This document shows, in pieces, positions 59,449 through 64,000 of a stretch of 64,000 bases of DNA. The position numbers and the translations under genes are program-made. The stretch spans positions 6,076,001 through 6,140,000 of the forward strand of contig OZ024766.1 in the NCBI GenBank assembly GCA_964016885.1. The letters run 5' to 3'. The DNA comes from Eledone cirrhosa (lineage: Eukaryota). Each line of letters begins with the position of its first letter. Within the stretch, counting starts at the first letter, position 1. The notes below the pieces were generated by a model. That model worked only from the letters and a program-made list of their open reading frames with translations, had not been told where the DNA came from and did not search any database.

Positions 59449-62400
59449 CCTATGTCCAGCTCTTCCTTGGTCATCCTCTACATTAAGGTCCTTCCACTCC
59501 GAATCTCTGCTATATTCATCAATCAAACATCAACCATAAATACCAAACAGCATCACCATAGAATTCTCCATCTTAATCCTCTTACATAACAGTTTTTTCC
59601 TCGTCTATCTTCTTCTCTCATCTATTTTTTTCATCTCCAGGTCTTCCTATGTCCAGCTCTTCCTTGGTCATCCTCTACATTAAAGTCCTTCCGCTCCGAA
59701 TCTCTGCTATATTCATCAATCAAACATCAACCATAAATACCAAACAGCATCACCATAGAATTCTACATCTTAATCCTCTTACATCCAGTTTTTTCCTCGT
59801 CTATCTTCTTCTCTCATCTATTTTTTTCATCTCCAGGTCTTCCTATGTCCAGCTCTTCCTTGGTCATCCTCTACATTAAAGTCCTTCCGCTCCGAATCTC
59901 TGCTATATTCATCAATCAAACATCAACCATAAATACCAAACAGCATCACCATAGAATTCTACATCTTAATCCTCTTACATCCAGTTTTTTCCTCGTCTAT
60001 CTTCTTCTCTCATCTATTTTTTTCATCTCCAGGTCTTCCTATGTCCAGCTCTTCCTTGGTCATCCTCTACATTAAAGTCCTTCCACTCAGAATCCCTGCT
60101 ATATTCATCAATCAAACATCAACCATAAATACCAAACAGCATCACCATAGAATTCTACATCTTAATCCTCTTACATCCAGTTTTTTCCTCGTCTATCTTC
60201 TTCTCTCATCTATTTTTTTCATCTCCAGGTCTTCCTATGTCCAGCTCTTCCTTGGTCATCCTCTACATTAAAGTCCTTCCGCTCCGAATCTCTGCTATAT
60301 TCATCAATCAAACATCAACCATAAATACCAAACAGCATCACCATAGAATTCTACATCTTAATCCTCTTACATCCAGTTTTTTCCTCGTCTATCTTCTTCT
60401 CTCATCTATTTTTTTCATCTCCAGGTCTTCCTATGTCCAGCTCTTCCTTGGTCATCCTCTACATTAAAGTCCTTCCGCTCCGAATCTCTGCTATATTCAT
60501 CAATCAAACATCAACCATAAATACCAAACAGCATCACCATAGAATTCTCCATCTTAATCCTCTTACATAACAGTTTTTTCCTCGTCTATCTTCTTCTCTC
60601 ATCTATTTTTTTCATCTCCAGGTCTTCCTATGTCCAGCTCTTCCTTGGTCATCCTCTACATTAAAGTCCTTCCGCTCCAAATCTCTGCTATATTCATCAA
60701 TCAAACATCAACCATAAATACCAAACAGCATCACCATAGAATTCTCCATCTTAATCCTCTTACATAACAGTTTTTTCCTCGTCTATCTTCTTCTCTCATC
60801 TATTTTTTTCATCTCCAGGTCTTCCTATGTCCAGCTCTTCCTTGGTCATCCTCTACATTAAAGTCCTTCCGCTCCAAATCTCTGCTATATTCATCAATCA
60901 AACATCAACCATAAATACCAAACAGCATCACCATAGAATTCTCCATCTTAATCCTCTTACATAACAGTTTTTTCCTCGTCTATCTTCTTCTCTCATCTAT
61001 TTTTTTCATCTCCAGGTCTTCCTATGTCCAGCTCTTCCTTGGTCATCCTCTACATTAAAGTCCTTCCACTCAGAATCCCTGCTATATTCATCAATCAAAC
61101 ATCAACCATAAATACCAAACAGCATCACCATAGAATTCTACATCTTAATCCTCTTACATCCAGTTTTTTCCTCGTCTATCTTCTTCTCTCATCTATTTTT
61201 TTCATCTCCAGGTCTTCCTATGTCCAGCTCTTCCTTGGTCATCCTCTACATTAAAGTCCTTCCGCTCCGAATCTCTGCTATATTCATCAATCAAACATCA
61301 ACCATAAATACCAAACAGCATCACCATAGAATTCTACATCTTAATCCTCTTACATCCAGTTTTTTCCTCGTCTATCTTCTTCTCTCATCTATTTTTTTCA
61401 TCTCCAGGTCTTCCTATGTCCAGCTCTTCCTTGGTCATCCTCTACATTAAAGTCCTTCCGCTCCGAATCTCTGCTATATTCATCAATCAAACATCAACCA
61501 TAAATACCAAACAGCATCACCATAGAATTCTCCATCTTAATCCTCTTACATAACAGTTTTTTCCTCGTCTATCTTCTTCTCTCATCTATTTTTTTCATCT
61601 CCAGGTCTTCCTATGTCCAGCTCTTCCTTGGTCATCCTCTACATTAAAGTCCTTCCGCTCCAAATCTCTGCTATATTCATCAATCAAACATCAACCATAA
61701 ATACCAAACAGCATCACCATAGAATTCTCCATCTTAATCCTCTTACATAACAGTTTTTTCCTCGTCTATCTTCTTCTCTCATCTATTTTTTTCATCTCCA
61801 GGTCTTCCTATGTCCAGCTCTTCCTTGGTCATCCTCTACATTAAAGTCCTTCCGCTCCAAATCTCTGCTATATTCATCAATCAAACATCAACCATAAATA
61901 CCAAACAGCATCACCATAGAATTCTCCATCTTAATCCTCTTACATAACAGTTTTTTCCTCGTCTATCTTCTTCTCTCATCTATTTTTTTCATCTCCAGGT
62001 CTTCCTATGTCCAGCTCTTCCTTGGTCATCCTCTACATTAAAGTCCTTCCACTCAGAATCCCTGCTATATTCATCAATCAAACATCAACCATAAATACCA
62101 AACAGCATCACCATAGAATTCTCCATCTTAATCCTCTTACATAACAGTTTTTTCCTCGTCTATCTTCTTCTCTCATCTATTTTTTTCATCTCCAGGTCTT
62201 CCTATGTCCAGCTCTTCCTTGGTCATCCTCTACATTAAAGTCCTTCCGCTCCAAATCTCTGCTATATTCATCAATCAAACATCAACCATAAATACCAAAC
62301 AGCATCACCATAGAATTCTACATCTTAATCCTCTTACATCCAGTTTTTTCCTCGTCTATCTTCTTCTCTCATCTATTTTGTTCATCTCCAGGTCTTCCTA

Positions 62401-64000
62401 TGTCCAGCTCTTCCTTGGTCATCCTCTACATTAAAGTCCTTCCACTCCGAATCTCTGCTATATTCATCAATCAAACATCAACCATAAATACCAAACAGCA
62501 TCACCATAGAATTCTCCATCTTAATCCTCTTACATAACAGTTTTTTCCTCGTCTATCTTCTTCTCTCATCTATTTTTTTCATCTCCAGGTCTTCCTATGT
62601 CCAGCTCTTCCTTGGTCATCCTCTACATTAAAGTCCTTCCGCTCCAAATCTCTGCTATATTCATCAATCAAACATCAACCATAAATACCAAACAGCATCA
62701 CCATAGAATTCTCCATCTTAATCCTCTTACATAACAGTTTTTTCCTCGTCTATCTTCTTCTCTCATCTATTTTTTTCATCTCCAGGTCTTCCTATGTCCA
62801 GCTCTTCCTTGGTCATCCTCTACATTAAAGTCCTTCCGCTCCAAATCTCTGCTATATTCATCAATCAAACATCAACCATAAATACCAAACAGCATCACCA
62901 TAGAATTCTACATCTTAATCCTCTTACATAACAGTTTTTTCCTCGTCTATCTTCTTCTCTCATCTATTTTTTTCATCTCCAGGTCTTCCTATGTCCAGCT
63001 CTTCCTTGGTCATCCTCTACATTAAAGTCCTTCCGCTCCAAATCTCTGCTATATTCATCAATCAAACATCAACCATAAATACCAAACAGCATCACCATAG
63101 AATTCTCCATCTTAATCCTCTTACATAACAGTTTTTTCCTCGTCTATCTTCTTCTCTCATCTATTTTTTTCATCTCCAGGTCTTCCTATATCCAGCTCTT
63201 CCTTGGTCATCCTCTACATTAAAGTCCTTCCGCTCCAAATCTCTGCTATATTCATCAATCAAACATCAACCATAAATACCAAACAGCATCACCATAGAAT
63301 TCTCCATCTTAATCCTCTTACATAACAGTTTTTTCCTCGTCTATCTTCTTCTCTCATCTATTTTTTTCATCTCCAGGTCTTCCTATGTCCAGCTCTTCCT
63401 TGGTCATCCTCTACATTAAAGTCCTTCCACTCAGAATCCCTGCTATATTCATCAATCAAACATCAACCATAAATACCAAACAGCATCACCATAGAATTCT
63501 ACATCTTAATCCCCTTACATAACAGTTTTTTCCTCGTCTATCTTCTTCTCTCATCTATTTTTTTCATCTCCAGGTCTTCCTATGTCCAGCTCTTCCTTGG
63601 TCATCCTCTACATTAAAGTCCTTCCGCTCCAAATCTCTGCTATATTCATCAATCAAACATCAACCATAAATACCAAACAGCATCACCATAGAATTCTACA
63701 TCTTAATCCTCTTACATAACAGTTTTTTCCTCGTCTATCTTCTTCTCTCATCTATTTTTTTCATCTCCAGGTCTTCCTATGTCCAGCTCTTCCTTGGTCA
63801 TCCTCTACATTAAAGTCCTTCCACTCAGAATCCCTGCTATATTCATCAATCAAACATCAACCATAAATACCAAACAGCATCACCATAGAATTCTCCATCT
63901 TAATCCTCTTACATAACAGTTTTTTCCTCGTCTATCTTCTTCTCTCATCTATTTTTTTCATCTCCAGGTCTTCCTATGTCCAGCTCTTCCTTGGTCATCC
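59449..64000. repeat. 196/197-bp satellite, about 23 copies, running off the window end
   Basis: Period 196 (59649, 59845, 60041, 60237), with very homogeneous units. Confidence 0.97.

Noticed and set aside
57861-62434. Repeated 76-aa ORF as a tandem gene family
   Set aside because: The ORF exceeds the 196-bp unit, overlaps the next copy out of frame and is broken in many units. It is antisense to RTE-like remnants.

Overview
Extremely microsatellite-rich animal genomic DNA. The SINE/LINE families and the (AT)n/(TTA)n/(GGT)n density suggest a coleoid cephalopod such as Octopus; this is an inference. One credible protein-coding gene is present: a minus-strand 5-HT2-type serotonin GPCR of 778 aa with two coding exons (29712-29331 and 25891-23937) and a very long third intracellular loop. 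The rest consists of simple repeats, 5'-truncated R4/Dong-like and RTE-like LINE ends, tRNA-headed SINEs, and several tandem arrays amplified from inside retroelements. The most notable unannotated signals are type I hammerhead ribozyme motifs at 8.7 kb and 50.0 kb, two back-to-back hammerhead copies inside a 313-bp palindrome at 56.6-56.9 kb, two degenerate relatives, and small unique islands carrying CTCF, CRE/AP-1 and YY1 motifs. All other long ORFs in the track are repeat artefacts or fragments of retroelement ORFs.
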